DNA of 64,000 nucleotides from Octopus sinensis (taxonomy: Eukaryota), in NCBI RefSeq assembly GCF_006345805.1, contig NC_042998.1, positions 36,766,001-36,830,000 of the forward strand. The letters are read 5' to 3'. The position numbers were made by a program, and so were the translations under genes. Numbering within the stretch: the stretch's first letter is position 1; each line of letters opens with the position of its first letter. A model generated the notes under the pieces. The model did not search any database and was not told the DNA's origin. It saw nothing but the letters and a program-made list of their open reading frames with translations. Positions 25,701-35,827 of this stretch are shown here, one piece after another.

Positions 25701-25803
25701 TGAGTAGGAATGTGGAGGTTAGTGTAGTGGCTGGTTTTGACTGTTGCAGGGGGCTTGGATTTTTTGTGTGTGTTAGTGGCAGCAATGTGGGGAATTGGTG
25801 CAC
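22768..25803 (-). CDS. LINE ORF2: apurinic endonuclease + reverse transcriptase (uninterrupted; frame open to 25899)
   Basis: APE motifs LYRPP, MGDFNLP, LDLVF, LSDH. RT motifs YRPISLTS, QHGFR, YLDFSKAFDRVDH, GVPQGTVLGPLLF, FADD, DLGV. CR1-type C-terminus RPHLEYCCPLWSP, LYSLQRRRERY. The track's start codon at 25803 is GTG, not ATG. Confidence 0.95.
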   Translation of the reverse strand: MHQFPTLLPLTHTKNPSPLQQSKPATTLTSTFLLNAQGVSPSINAQKWKVQFIEDWVGNHSHHIPFFILTETHLDNSHLEAEVRVKNFTTIRADRIGRRKGGTAIFLHDSFTADGNSIFSNGYCESVTVHNKANDLTVIGLYRPPQTPILCFKECLNSIKCFIQQCHSSNILMMGDFNLPCVDWTTNCLKPSTPASTADKEAAESLFDFTNEFFLSQLVLAPTRHQNILDLVFSNHTNTIHNVTVEKTLLSDHDMVLCNMKFHQPKANPSDLPPAHPFDNMDLHKANWDAIRNELSNVDWSFTHTHISTNHKTSWQIFVDTVTDICAKHSPPRPVNKKCRIPQNRKTIIRKIKRTNKKINKLKYCQQQHTHSTAIALLESKKYNLQQCMKTLINNQRSAEEKWAIEKIKLNPKVFFSFARKRRVTVSTVGPLIDETGTLQDNAKSMAEILQKQYCSVFSNPDMADLGCISDVNPQHTISDITFSAPDVLAAINEIKHNSAVGPDRFPACVLKVCRHQLASPLANLWRNSLDAGYIPKNLLSQSVVPVFKKGNKSLAVNYRPISLTSHIIKVFERVVRSRITQFLESNRRLISNQHGFRNGRDCLTQLLHHFEDILRALGEGSNTDVIYLDFSKAFDRVDHKILLKKLSNIGVSGKLLKWIKCFLTDRSQHVVVEGVKSSPAKVSSGVPQGTVLGPLLFIIYINDINDIIKHSNIKIFADDSKLQKVINEASDRTCLQSDLLAVIQWAEKNNMLLNEDKFELIHFGKEDALKLPYSLPSGETLAASNNIRDLGVIVDNNVSWATHINTKVDMARRMCSWILRTFQSRDIHTIILLFSTFARPHLEYCCPLWSPHTIQGIIKVEAPQRAITKKIDGMTGLDYWGRLEKLKLYSLQRRRERYIICMMWKIFHQHCPNDVGITFKVHPRLGPRAIRPKQKSHSHLITTIRHNYFTSIGPALFNITPKHIKTETDPIGFKKSLDRFLQEIPDKPPTPGYVSVNNNSLLEWAIVPKF

Positions 25804-27002
25804 TGGGGTAATAGCATAGGATGGTGTTGAGTGATGGCTAGAATGTTTTTGTGTATCTCTTTTGCCATGTTCAACATGGCTAAAAAAGAATTTTCCTGCT
25901 TAGGGAGCAGTTTTTGGCTGGAGGTGTGGTTGCACTGTTGGATAGGGTTGTAGTTTCCACTTTTGTTGTTGTTGTTTTTGTGTCTTCCTGAAAAGACTGG
26001 ACCAGCATTACTGCAGCATGGTGTGTTTCTATTTTTGTTGTTATTCAGGTTTGTGTGTTGGCTTGAGGCCCCGTTTCTGTTTGTGCGTCGGGTCCCTGGA
26101 AGATGAGTGAAGGGACAGTCACTCAGTAGACATGTTCTCTCACGTTGGGAATACCGGCAGATTTTGGGACTCCGAGTTGTGTGTGTTTTGAATTTCGATT
26201 TACTATTTGGTGGTGTTGATGTTATTGTGGGATGCGTGCTTTGGCCTTGGCCAGTAGTGCGTCTAGTGCCGGGTAGATGCGTGAAGATGCAGTCACTATT
26301 TGTGCAGAGTCTCTGGCGCAGTGAATAGCGGCATATTTGGGGATTTCTTGTTTGAGCCGTGGGGGGCGCATTCTGCTTCCTATGTTTCTTTAAGTTTTTG
26401 TTACTGCAGTAGTATTGAGGTGGTGATGTGGGGGAAGAGGGCAGTGGTTTCTTATTTGGTTTTCTGTTGGTATTTTTGGTGATAGAAGACGATGGTGGCA
26501 GCGGTGGTGATGATGATGATGATAATTGTGGTGGTTGCTGTGAGAGCGGTGAAAAGATACTGGCATTTAGTGAATCATCTAGTAAGCTAGAGTTGAGGAG
26601 TGGCTGTTGTTGTTCTTGTTGCTGTGGCTGTTGTTGTTGTTGTTGTGCCTGACCGATGTCAGGGTCAGCCATTGTGCTGGGAACCAGGAGTGGCTCATTC
26701 TGTTGTTGTTGTTGTTGTGGCTGCTGATTTTCTAGCTGTTGTTGTTCTTGAACTGTGAAAATATGTAGAAGCTTTTCATAATGGCCTCTTATCAGTTTGA
26801 AAGATACTTCGATATATTTCAACTTGCTACGAATCTGTTTGACGGATCGTGTGTTGACCACTTGTGATGTTTTTTCGGCAATCTCATTCAAACACAAGAC
26901 ATTTAGATTTTCTGTTTGGGAAAGAGAGAGCCATGTGTTTATTAAAACATCAATTTCGTTATCAGACCAATTTCGTCTGTTGCAGGCCTGCAAGTTAGTC
27001 AT
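25773..27002 (-). CDS. LINE ORF1 (409 aa): Myb/SANT-like N-terminus, polyQ/Pro-Ser linker, two C-x8-C-x4-C-x3-H fingers
   Basis: ATG at 27002. NWSDNEIDVLINTW...EIAEK...RSVKQIRSKLKYI; CRYSLRQRLCTNSDCIFTH and CRYSQRERTCLLSDCPFTH, each followed by LPGTRR. Confidence 0.85.
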   Translation of the reverse strand: MTNLQACNRRNWSDNEIDVLINTWLSLSQTENLNVLCLNEIAEKTSQVVNTRSVKQIRSKLKYIEVSFKLIRGHYEKLLHIFTVQEQQQLENQQPQQQQQQNEPLLVPSTMADPDIGQAQQQQQQPQQQEQQQPLLNSSLLDDSLNASIFSPLSQQPPQLSSSSSPPLPPSSSITKNTNRKPNKKPLPSSPTSPPQYYCSNKNLKKHRKQNAPPTAQTRNPQICRYSLRQRLCTNSDCIFTHLPGTRRTTGQGQSTHPTITSTPPNSKSKFKTHTTRSPKICRYSQRERTCLLSDCPFTHLPGTRRTNRNGASSQHTNLNNNKNRNTPCCSNAGPVFSGRHKNNNNKSGNYNPIQQCNHTSSQKLLPKQENSFLAMLNMAKEIHKNILAITQHHPMLLPQCTNSPHCCH

Positions 27003-27335
27003 GTTTGTTTTTCTTTTGTTTGTTTTCCTTTTGATTTTTGAAAATATATATATTCTTTCTTGGGAGTTAAAGAAGTGTATATATATATAAATGTTCTCTC
27101 TTAAGGGTGTGAGTTTTTGATTATTTGGTTGTTTGAGGATATTAAAAGAAAAACAGGTGTATATAACAATTTGTAGTTAAATGAAAACGTACTTACGCAT
27201 TTGTAGGCAAACACGTGGTTACAAATATATATATATTTAAGGTCAGTTAGTTTTGAAGCTGTGTAGCTTGCTACTGACTTGGGAGAGAAACAAATAGACG
27301 TCCGTCCACTCCAACAGTTAATCCATTTAATCCAT

Positions 27336-27411
<76 letters not shown>

Positions 27412-28082
27412 TGTGTCTGTTACAGTTGTAATGAATATACCGCATATATAATACAATAACTTCCACCAAGATATGCGCGTATATATAGTTATTTATTACA
27501 TGTATGTATGCATGCATGTGTGTATGGTGTATGGATATATACATCTGTGTGTATGTGTGTGCGCGCGCGCGTGTGTGTATATGTACGTGTGTATAACAAG
27601 TGGAGAAAAGCGCTGTTATTATTACATTTATTCCACGGTTTTAACACCGTGTGTGGGACAAATCATATAACGGCATGAAAGCGTGGAAGTGAGCAATGAT
27701 AGTGTTGCGTGGGCGTTATTGCTCTTGTTGCTCTCTGACTGGTTAAGCTGAGGAATGAAAATATGTTCATTCGGCTGCATGTAGAATTAGCTGAACAGCA
27801 CCCGCAAACATTTAACGGAAGATTTTTATTATCTATTATATGAAATTTGTTCTGTTTGTGTGTGTGTTTGTCTTCGAGGGTCTTGGGCATCCTCCATCCG
27901 ATTGCGCTCAAATTTAATATGGAATAGAAAACAAAAAGGCTATCTTTATTTCTTCTTTTGCTGGTGTATCAAATTTAGGTTAAATCAGTGTTTCTCAAAG
28001 GGTAGGCCTATGGGACGGTCGGACAAATTGTTTTGAGAAAATTTAGTTTAAATGTTTGACAAACTCAGCACATATATTTAAA

Positions 28083-28542
28083 CAGTGATCCGATTTCTCT
28101 GGTTGAAAGGTGCGTCAAGTACTGAAATTCATCGGAGGCTTTTAGTACAGTACAGGGACAGTGCTCTACCGCCTGGAAGTGTGTATAAGTGGATCGAGAA
28201 GTTTAAACGTTGTCAGACAAGCGTGACACCGAAGAGGAAGCAGGATTCCGGTCAACCTCCACCACTGACGAGAAGATTCCTCGACCTTGAGAGACAGGAA
28301 TGGTGAACCGGTTCACTATTACCATCTCTCGGATCAGTGCTCTTTGTTCTTCTTTGGTGCGCATTGCTAGTGGGGCGGTCATGCTTGCCCTGTAAAACCA
28401 GAAGAAATGGCGCGATCAGGCTCAAACTTCTATTATGTTGCCACAATAGCACCAACTACAAGCACGCATGCGCAGAAGGCAGTGTGACAATAATAAATTA
28501 TGTTATGGTGAAAGTGCGGATGATACTTGACTTATCCTCGTA
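28083..28542 (+). mobile_element. Mariner transposon relic (N-terminal HTH fragment, internal deletion, right TIR)
   Basis: IRFLWLKGASSTEIHRRL..QY....L....VYKWIEKFK matches the mariner transposase HTH. The 3' end AAAGTGCGGATGATACTTGACTTATCCTCG|TA is a TACGAGG-type TIR. Confidence 0.8.
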
Positions 28543-29022
28543 TTTTGTTAGTTGAACTCTTTAAATAGAAACATCTGCGTCTTTTAGTTTCAGAATTTCA
28601 GGATGTGTTTTTCACGGAGGAGCGAAGCTGTGCCGAAACATCAACGTCTTACAGTGACGCTGCTAAAGCGTGTTACCTACATAAATTGCATAATTGGACA
28701 AATCATTCTTCAAAGGTGTAATCCATTTCGATAAGTTAAATTCACATTCATGTCCGCAAGAACGTGTTAGGAAGTAATCTACGCATCCCTGTTTCGATTC
28801 TTGCTGTTTTGCACACTCAATATAATTTGCTCTCAGTTATAAAGTGATATTGTCACTCGCTGTAAATTTGACTCACTCCTCATTATTGGGAAACAACGTT
28901 GGCGATGCTCAGTTTTATTCTTAAAAGTACGTTCAAATATCATTTTAACAAGTACACCAACCTAGTTATATGTATGAATGTTTGTAACTCACACACGCAC
29001 ACACATATGTACATACATGCAT

Positions 29023-29430
<408 letters not shown>

Positions 29431-31714
29431 CCCTCTTTATCCCCTCCCTATCTCACACGAGTCACTATCAGACTATACACATCAGTTACTGTGCACCAGA
29501 AAACTGTGACCATATAATTTAGGTGGACATAATTATTGGAAAATAGGTGTTTTAAGTGCTATAAGTTTTTTAACTGCCTCATCAATTATCCAGTTGTGGT
29601 TGTTTGGTTTTGTTAGCTTGTCTTAGGTCAAACAGTTTAAGTGGATGATGGAAATTCATGAAAAGAAAGAAATGTATAGGACAGAATTCGAATCAGTAAG
29701 GAGAACATTGTTGTGGGTCTGCGAAAATAAAGTATACGATATGTTGTTAAAATAGTAAAAGAAAAAGAACAAATAAAATTTGGCGGGATAGAAAGCTGAT
29801 ATTATGTGCAATATCGTGGAAAGATGTATGAAAATGTTTCGTTTTTGGATTTGGTTTGCAACATTCTTTACGTGAGTTCGTGTGCTGAAGCATATTCTGT
29901 TGTGTCTGGGGAGAGTCATTCTGTTTTAATGCCTTATAATATAACACACTCACTAGTAAAATTTCCACTCCTTCCATATTTTTATTTCCCTAAAATGTTC
30001 GTTGCATCTTGCAATCTTTTCAATAGTTTTTCAATAGTCAAAACTATTGAAAAGGTTGCAAGACGCAACGAACATTTTAGAAAAATAAAAAAAAGAAGAA
30101 AAAAGTGGAAACTTTACCGGTGAGTGTGTTATAATATAAGGCACAAAAAGAAAATGACTCTCCCCAGACACAATACAATATATATGAAAATATCTACTGT
30201 GAAAACTTAAAACTTTTAATTAAATTTTTAATCCAACAGTGGTGATATTTTCAGCATTTTAAACTAAATCTTATGTACGTGAGAGATATTAATAAGACTT
30301 GATTCTGGTTTTGTGTTTTGATAATGCTCTGATGTGGCGATGTACTTCGTTACATGTCACTACTTAGCTGTACAAAAAATCACATCTTTTGTTCCTTACT
30401 GGTGCATGATCGTCATCGTTCTCAGGTTTTCCATTTGAAAATTAGCATCGTGTTTTAAATGCCAGATGCAATTCGAAAATGTTCTACTTGTGATTACTCA
30501 ACGTCTGAATGATGACATTGCGTAAGCGATGTGGTTGAAGCCACTTTCCAAAAATCGATGTAATAATTATCATCTTCAGTGTTGTTTCATGTATTATCAA
30601 TTCATCATTACGTAATTGATTAATTAGAGCAATTGCATGTCTGGTTAGCCTCAGTGATTTGATTGGGTGTGTCTTAAATTTTTCATACTGTATAAACAGC
30701 TGTAACTTACTTTTAGACTCTTTCTAATGAATAATTGTCTATGGTGCAGGGTAATGGGAATGTGTATCTATTTGGGCAGAGAATTGGTTTAGAAGTGCGT
30801 AATTGTTTAAGTGAGAAGTGGATATAAGCGAAAGGTCGCAGCGTAGTCGATTGTTACTGGTAGAATAGGATTAGCGGTATATCTAATAATCTCTTTGAAC
30901 CGACAAGTTACTAATCTATTATTATATTGAATGGTTGCGTGTTTCTTTGATAAGCTGTTAAGGTTAGGTTTCTAAATGCCATCAACCCTCAGTTTTCTAA
31001 AATTACAATAAAGAACTAAGAGCATATTTGCCCGTGGTATATCTTAATTTAAAACCAATTTGTGAAACTTATAGTAGGTGAAATGGCCAATGCATAACAC
31101 GATGAATCTTGATTATATCCCTATAACCATATATATCGATCTGACATCTCTTAAACAACTGTGAACGCTAGTTTTTTAAATAACGTTGACAATATTCCAT
31201 CTACGTTTCTGAAGTTTAATAATCCATTACAGTAAAGAACAATCTAACTGTAAACCACATTGCACCTCTTTACTTCAGTCAGATGTAATCAATTCTATAT
31301 CAATCTCAAACAAATCTAATTCAACAGATGTAAATTGGAAAATGTATAAACACTAAGAAACATTTTCGGTCGACAAATTATCCCAATTTGAGCGGTTAAT
31401 TTTTTTCCATAATCTCAATCAAAATACTTCGCGAGATAACGGTAATATAATTCTGACTAAGCCAGATTAAATTTACAAAAGTTTACCTTAATACACACAC
31501 AGAGACAAACTCTTTGTGATACACACACATACTCCCTCATTTACACTGATACAGGTGTACAGAGACACTGGTAGGTTGTTAAATATACGGAATAATTCAC
31601 ATTTCTTTAGCATTCATATAACGCCCCAAACAACCCGCGTCTATTGATCTGTTGTGGACAGCATCATGTGCGTCTCATTGTTTCCGTCCCCCACTTCATA
31701 GTTCTCCATCTCCC

Positions 31715-32094
31715 CAGGAGATGGTAAGTAGCTTGCTAACCAATCACATGGTTCCGGGTTCAGTCCTACTGCGTGGCATCTTGGGCAAGTGTCTTCTGCT
31801 ATAGCCTCGGGCCGACCAAAGCCTTGTGAGTGGATTTAGTAGACGGAAACTGAAAGAAGCCTGTCGTATATATATATATGTGTGTATGTGTTTGTCCCCC
31901 AAGCATTGCTTGACAACCGATGCTGGTGTGTTTACGTCCCTGTCACTTAGCGGTTCGGCAAAAGAGACCGATACAATAAGTACTGGTCTTACAAAGAATA
32001 AGTCCCGGGGTCGATTTACTCGACTAAAGGCGGTGCTCCAGCATGGCCGCAGTCAAATGACTGAAACAAGTAACAGAGTAAAGAGTAAAGAGTA
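31715..32094 (+). mobile_element. SINE family C
   Basis: GGTAAGTAGCTTGCTAACCAATCACATGGTTCCGGGTTCAGTCC head, internal TA/TG repeat, GGCGGTGCTCCAGCATGGCCGCAG, (AAGAGTA)n tail. Confidence 0.88.
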
Positions 32095-32179
32095 TATATG
32101 AATATATTTCAGAGTGTAACCACGTGTGTATTGTTGGCAATTTTCTTCCTTGATCTTCCATTCTGTTGGACTTTCCTCT

Positions 32180-32214
32180 ATTTCTGAAGAAGAGCTTTGC
32201 TCGAAACGTAAAAT
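32180..32214 (+). ncRNA. Minimal type I hammerhead ribozyme motif (Penelope-type)
   Basis: ATTT-CTGAAGA-A-GAGC(TTT)GCTC-GAAAC-GTA-AAAT. Stem I ATTT/AAAT, stem II GAGC/GCTC, loopless palindromic stem III ACGT, GUA cleavage triplet. Confidence 0.6.
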
Positions 32215-32318
32215 CATCTTTCCATTCCTGAGCGTCTGATAATACAGCACTTGTACCACGTCCTCGCGTTATTGTTTTTTCTTGTTTGTTCTTCTTTATT
32301 TAGATTCACTATATATAT

Positions 32319-32484
32319 AGGAGTGGCTGTGTGGTAAGTAGCTTGCTTACCAACCACATGGTTCCGGGTTCAGTCCCACTGCGTGGAATCTTGGGCAAGT
32401 GTCTTCTACTATACCCTCGGGCCGACCAAAGCCTAGTGAGTTGATTTCGTAGACGGAAACTGAAGGACGCCCGTCGTATATATG

Positions 32485-32549
<65 letters not shown>

Positions 32550-32787
32550 ATGTATATGTGTGTGTATGTTTGTGTGTCTGTGCTTGTCCGACTAACACCG
32601 CTTGACAACCGATACTGGTGTGTTTACATCCCCATAACTTAGCGGCTCGGTAAAAGTGACCGAATAAATAAGTACTAGGCTTACAAAGAATAAGTCCTGG
32701 GGTCGGTTTGATCGACTAAAGGCGGTGCTCCAGCATGGCCGCATTCCAAATGAGTGAAACAAGTAAAAGAGTAAAGAGTAAAGAGTA
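32319..32787 (+). mobile_element. SINE family C, full length
   Basis: AGGAGTGGCTGTGTGGTAAGTAGCTTGCTTACCAACCACATGG head; same body and tail as the 31715 copy. Confidence 0.9.
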
Positions 32788-33271
32788 TATATATATATAT
32801 ATATAGATTACGTAAGTATGAAATCACTGTGATACAGGTCTATATTTTTAAATGTCTTACTTTGAAAAATTGCATTCGGTGGGATTAGTAATATTCTTGG
32901 TAGAAATGACTGATTGTCCCTCTTAGCGTTTGGCATGTATGTATAATGCATTCTGGCATGTATGTATAATGCCCTCTATATATAAATTAATATGTTCAAT
33001 AAGAAATAATTATTTTCGAAATTTTTTCTCTTATGAGGTTTTTACGCTATCTACCTGACAATTTCTTGTTAAGTTTTCCTTATTAAGTAGTTGTCCTTAA
33101 TTGCTAAATTTTTATTCCGAAAAAACTTTTCCTCTCCCGAAATGCAATTCGTAAAAGTTTGCCATTTACCCGGATGTAATATATGTAAACTCACCCATGT
33201 GCTTCGTTGATGTTGATCAGTTAGCTGATCGGCTTAAGCGGGGCAGGTCGTTGTTTATTTATAATACATTC

Positions 33272-33318
33272 AGGCCTGCTGATGATTACGTAAGTATGAA
33301 ATCACTGTGATACAGTCT
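33272..33318 (+). ncRNA. Type I hammerhead ribozyme, array copy (one G missing in the stem I 3' strand)
   Basis: AGGCCTG-CTGATGA-TTACGTAAGTAT-GAAA-TCACTGTGA-TA-CAGTCT. Confidence 0.7.
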
Positions 33319-33743
33319 ATATTTTTAAATGTCTTACTTTGAAAAATTGCATTCGGTGGGATTAGTAATATTCTTGGTAGAAATGACTGATTGTCCCTCT
33401 TAGCGTTTGGCATGTATGTATAATGCATTCTGGCATGTATGTATAATGCCCTCTATATATAATTAATATGTTCAATAAGAAATAATTATTTTCGAAATTT
33501 TTTCTCTTATGAGGTTTTTACGCTATCTACCTGACAATTTCTTGTTAAGTTTTCCTTATTAAGTAGTTGTCCTTAATTGCTACATTTTATTCCGAAAAAA
33601 CTTTTCCTCTCCCGAAATGCAATTCGTAAAAGTTGCCATTTACCCGGATGTAATATATGTAAACTCACCCATGTGCTTCGTTGATGTTGATCAGTTAGCT
33701 GATCGGCTTAAGCGGGGCAGGGTCGTGTTTATTTAATACATTC

Positions 33744-33791
33744 AGGCCTGCTGATGATTACGTAAGTATGAAATCACTGTGATACAGGTCT
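33744..33791 (+). ncRNA. Type I hammerhead ribozyme, array copy
   Basis: AGGCCTG/CAGGTCT stem I, CTGATGA core, TAC-GTAA-GTA stem-loop II, GAAA, TCA-CTG-TGA stem III, predicted cleavage after AUA (33784). Confidence 0.85.
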
Positions 33792-34219
33792 ATATTTTTA
33801 AATGTCTTACTTTGAAAAATTGCATTCGGTGGGATTAGTAATATTCTGGTAGAAATGACTGATTGTCCTCTTAGCGTTTGGCATGTATGTATAATGCATT
33901 CTGGCATGTATGTATAATGCCCTCTATATATAAATTAATATGTTCAATAAGAAATAATTATTTTCGAATTTTTTTCTCTTATGAGGTTTTTACGCTATCT
34001 ACCTGACAATTTCTTGTTAAGTTTTCCTTATTAAGTAGTTGTCCTTAATTGCTAAATTTTTATTCCGAAAAAACTTTTCCTCTCCCGAAATGCAATTCGT
34101 AAAAGTTGCCATTTACCCGGATGTAATATATGTAAACTCACCCATGTGCTTCGTTGATGTTGATCAGTTAGCTGGTCGGCTTAAGCGGGGCAGGGTCGTT
34201 GTTTATTTATAATACATTC

Positions 34220-34267
34220 AGGCCTGCTGATGATTACGTAAGTATGAAATCACTGTGATACAGGTCT
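34220..34267 (+). ncRNA. Type I hammerhead ribozyme, array copy
   Basis: Same 48-nt motif as 33744-33791. Confidence 0.85.
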
Positions 34268-34692
34268 ATATTTTTAAATGTCTTACTTGAAACATTGCAT
34301 TCGGTGGGATTAGTAATATTCTTGGTAGAAATGACTGATTGTCCCTCTTAGCGTTTGGCATGTATGTATAATGCATTCTGGCATGTATGTATAATGCCCT
34401 CTATATATAATTAATATGTTCAATAAGAAATAATTATTTTCGAAATTTTTTCTCTTATGAGGTTTTTACGCTATCTACCTGACAATTCTTGTTAAGTTTT
34501 CTTATTAAGTAGTTGTCCTTAATTGCTAAATTTTTATTCCGAAAAAACTTCTCATCTCCCGAAATGCAATTCGTAAAAGTTGCCATTTACCCGGATGTAA
34601 TATATGTAACTCACCCATGTGCTTCGTTGATGTTGATCAGTTAGCTGATCGGCTTAAGCGGGGCAGGGTCGTTGTTTATTTATAATACATTC

Positions 34693-34740
34693 AGGCCTGC
34701 TGATGATTACGTAAGTATGAAATCACTGTGATACAGGTCT
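34693..34740 (+). ncRNA. Type I hammerhead ribozyme, array copy
   Basis: Same 48-nt motif. Confidence 0.85.
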
Positions 34741-35170
34741 ATATTTTTAAATGTCTTACTTTGAAAAATTGCATTCGGTGGGATTAGTAATATTCTTGGT
34801 AGAAATGACTGATTGTCCCTCTTAGCGTTTGGCATGTATGTATAATGCATTCTGGCATGTATGTATAATGCCCTCTATATATAAATTAATATGTTCAATA
34901 AGAAATAATTATTTTCGAATTTTTTTCTCTTATGAGGTTTTTACGCTATCTACCTGACAATTTCTTGTTAAGTTTTCCTTATTAAGTAGTTGTCCTTAAT
35001 TGCTAAATTTTTATTCCGAAAAAACTTTTCCTCTCCCGAAATGCAATTCGTAAAAGTTTGCCATTTACCCGGATGTAAATATGTAAACTCACCCATGTGC
35101 TTCGTTGATGTTGATCAGTTAGCTGATCGGCTTAAGCGGGGCAGGGTCGTTGTTTATTTATAATACATTC

Positions 35171-35218
35171 AGGCCTGCTGATGATTACGTAAGTATGAAA
35201 TCACTGTGATACAGGTCT
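35171..35218 (+). ncRNA. Type I hammerhead ribozyme, array copy
   Basis: Same 48-nt motif. Confidence 0.85.
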
Positions 35219-35646
35219 ATATTTTTAAATGTCATACTTTGAAACATTGCATTCGGTGGGATTAGTAATATTCTTGGTAGAAATGACTGATTGTCCCTCT
35301 TAGCGTTTGGCATGTATATATAATGCATTCTGGCATGTATGTATAATGCCCTCTATATATAAATTAATATGTTCAATAAGAAATAATTATTTTCGAAATT
35401 TTTTCTCTTATGAGGTTTTTACGCTATCTACCTGACAATTTCTTGTTAAGTTTTCCTTATTAAGTAGTTGTCCTTAATTGCTAAATTTTTATTCCGAAAA
35501 AACTTTTCCTCTCCCGAAATGCAATTCGTAAAAGTTTGCCATTTACCCGGATGTAATATGTAAACTCACCCATGTGCTTCGTTGATGTTGATCAGTTAGC
35601 TGATCGGCTTAAGCGGGGCAGGGTCGTGTTTATTTATAATACATTC

Positions 35647-35694
35647 AGGCCTGCTGATGATTACGTAAGTATGAAATCACTGTGATACAGGTCT
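35647..35694 (+). ncRNA. Type I hammerhead ribozyme, array copy
   Basis: Same 48-nt motif. Confidence 0.85.
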
Positions 35695-35827
35695 ATATTT
35701 TTAAATGTCTTACTTTGAAAAATTGCATTCGTGGGATTAGTAATATTCTTGGTAGAAATGACTGATTGTCCTCTTAGCGTTTGGCATGTATGTATAATGC
35801 ATTCTGGCATGTATGCATAATGCCCTC

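Larger units (their letters stand above)
22684..27075 (-). mobile_element. Full-length CR1/L2-group non-LTR retrotransposon
   Basis: Two long overlapping ORFs. Short 3' UTR with a GGCC-AATAAT-GGCC stem-loop and an 8-bp tandem tail (TATCAAAG)x2 at 22686-22701. (TA)n on both flanks. The 5' boundary is approximate. Confidence 0.92.

Noticed and set aside
24311-25819. Nested ORFs of 272 aa and 125 aa, labelled + in the track, over LINE ORF2
   Set aside because: Antisense shadows of an A-rich coding strand; no recognisable domain.
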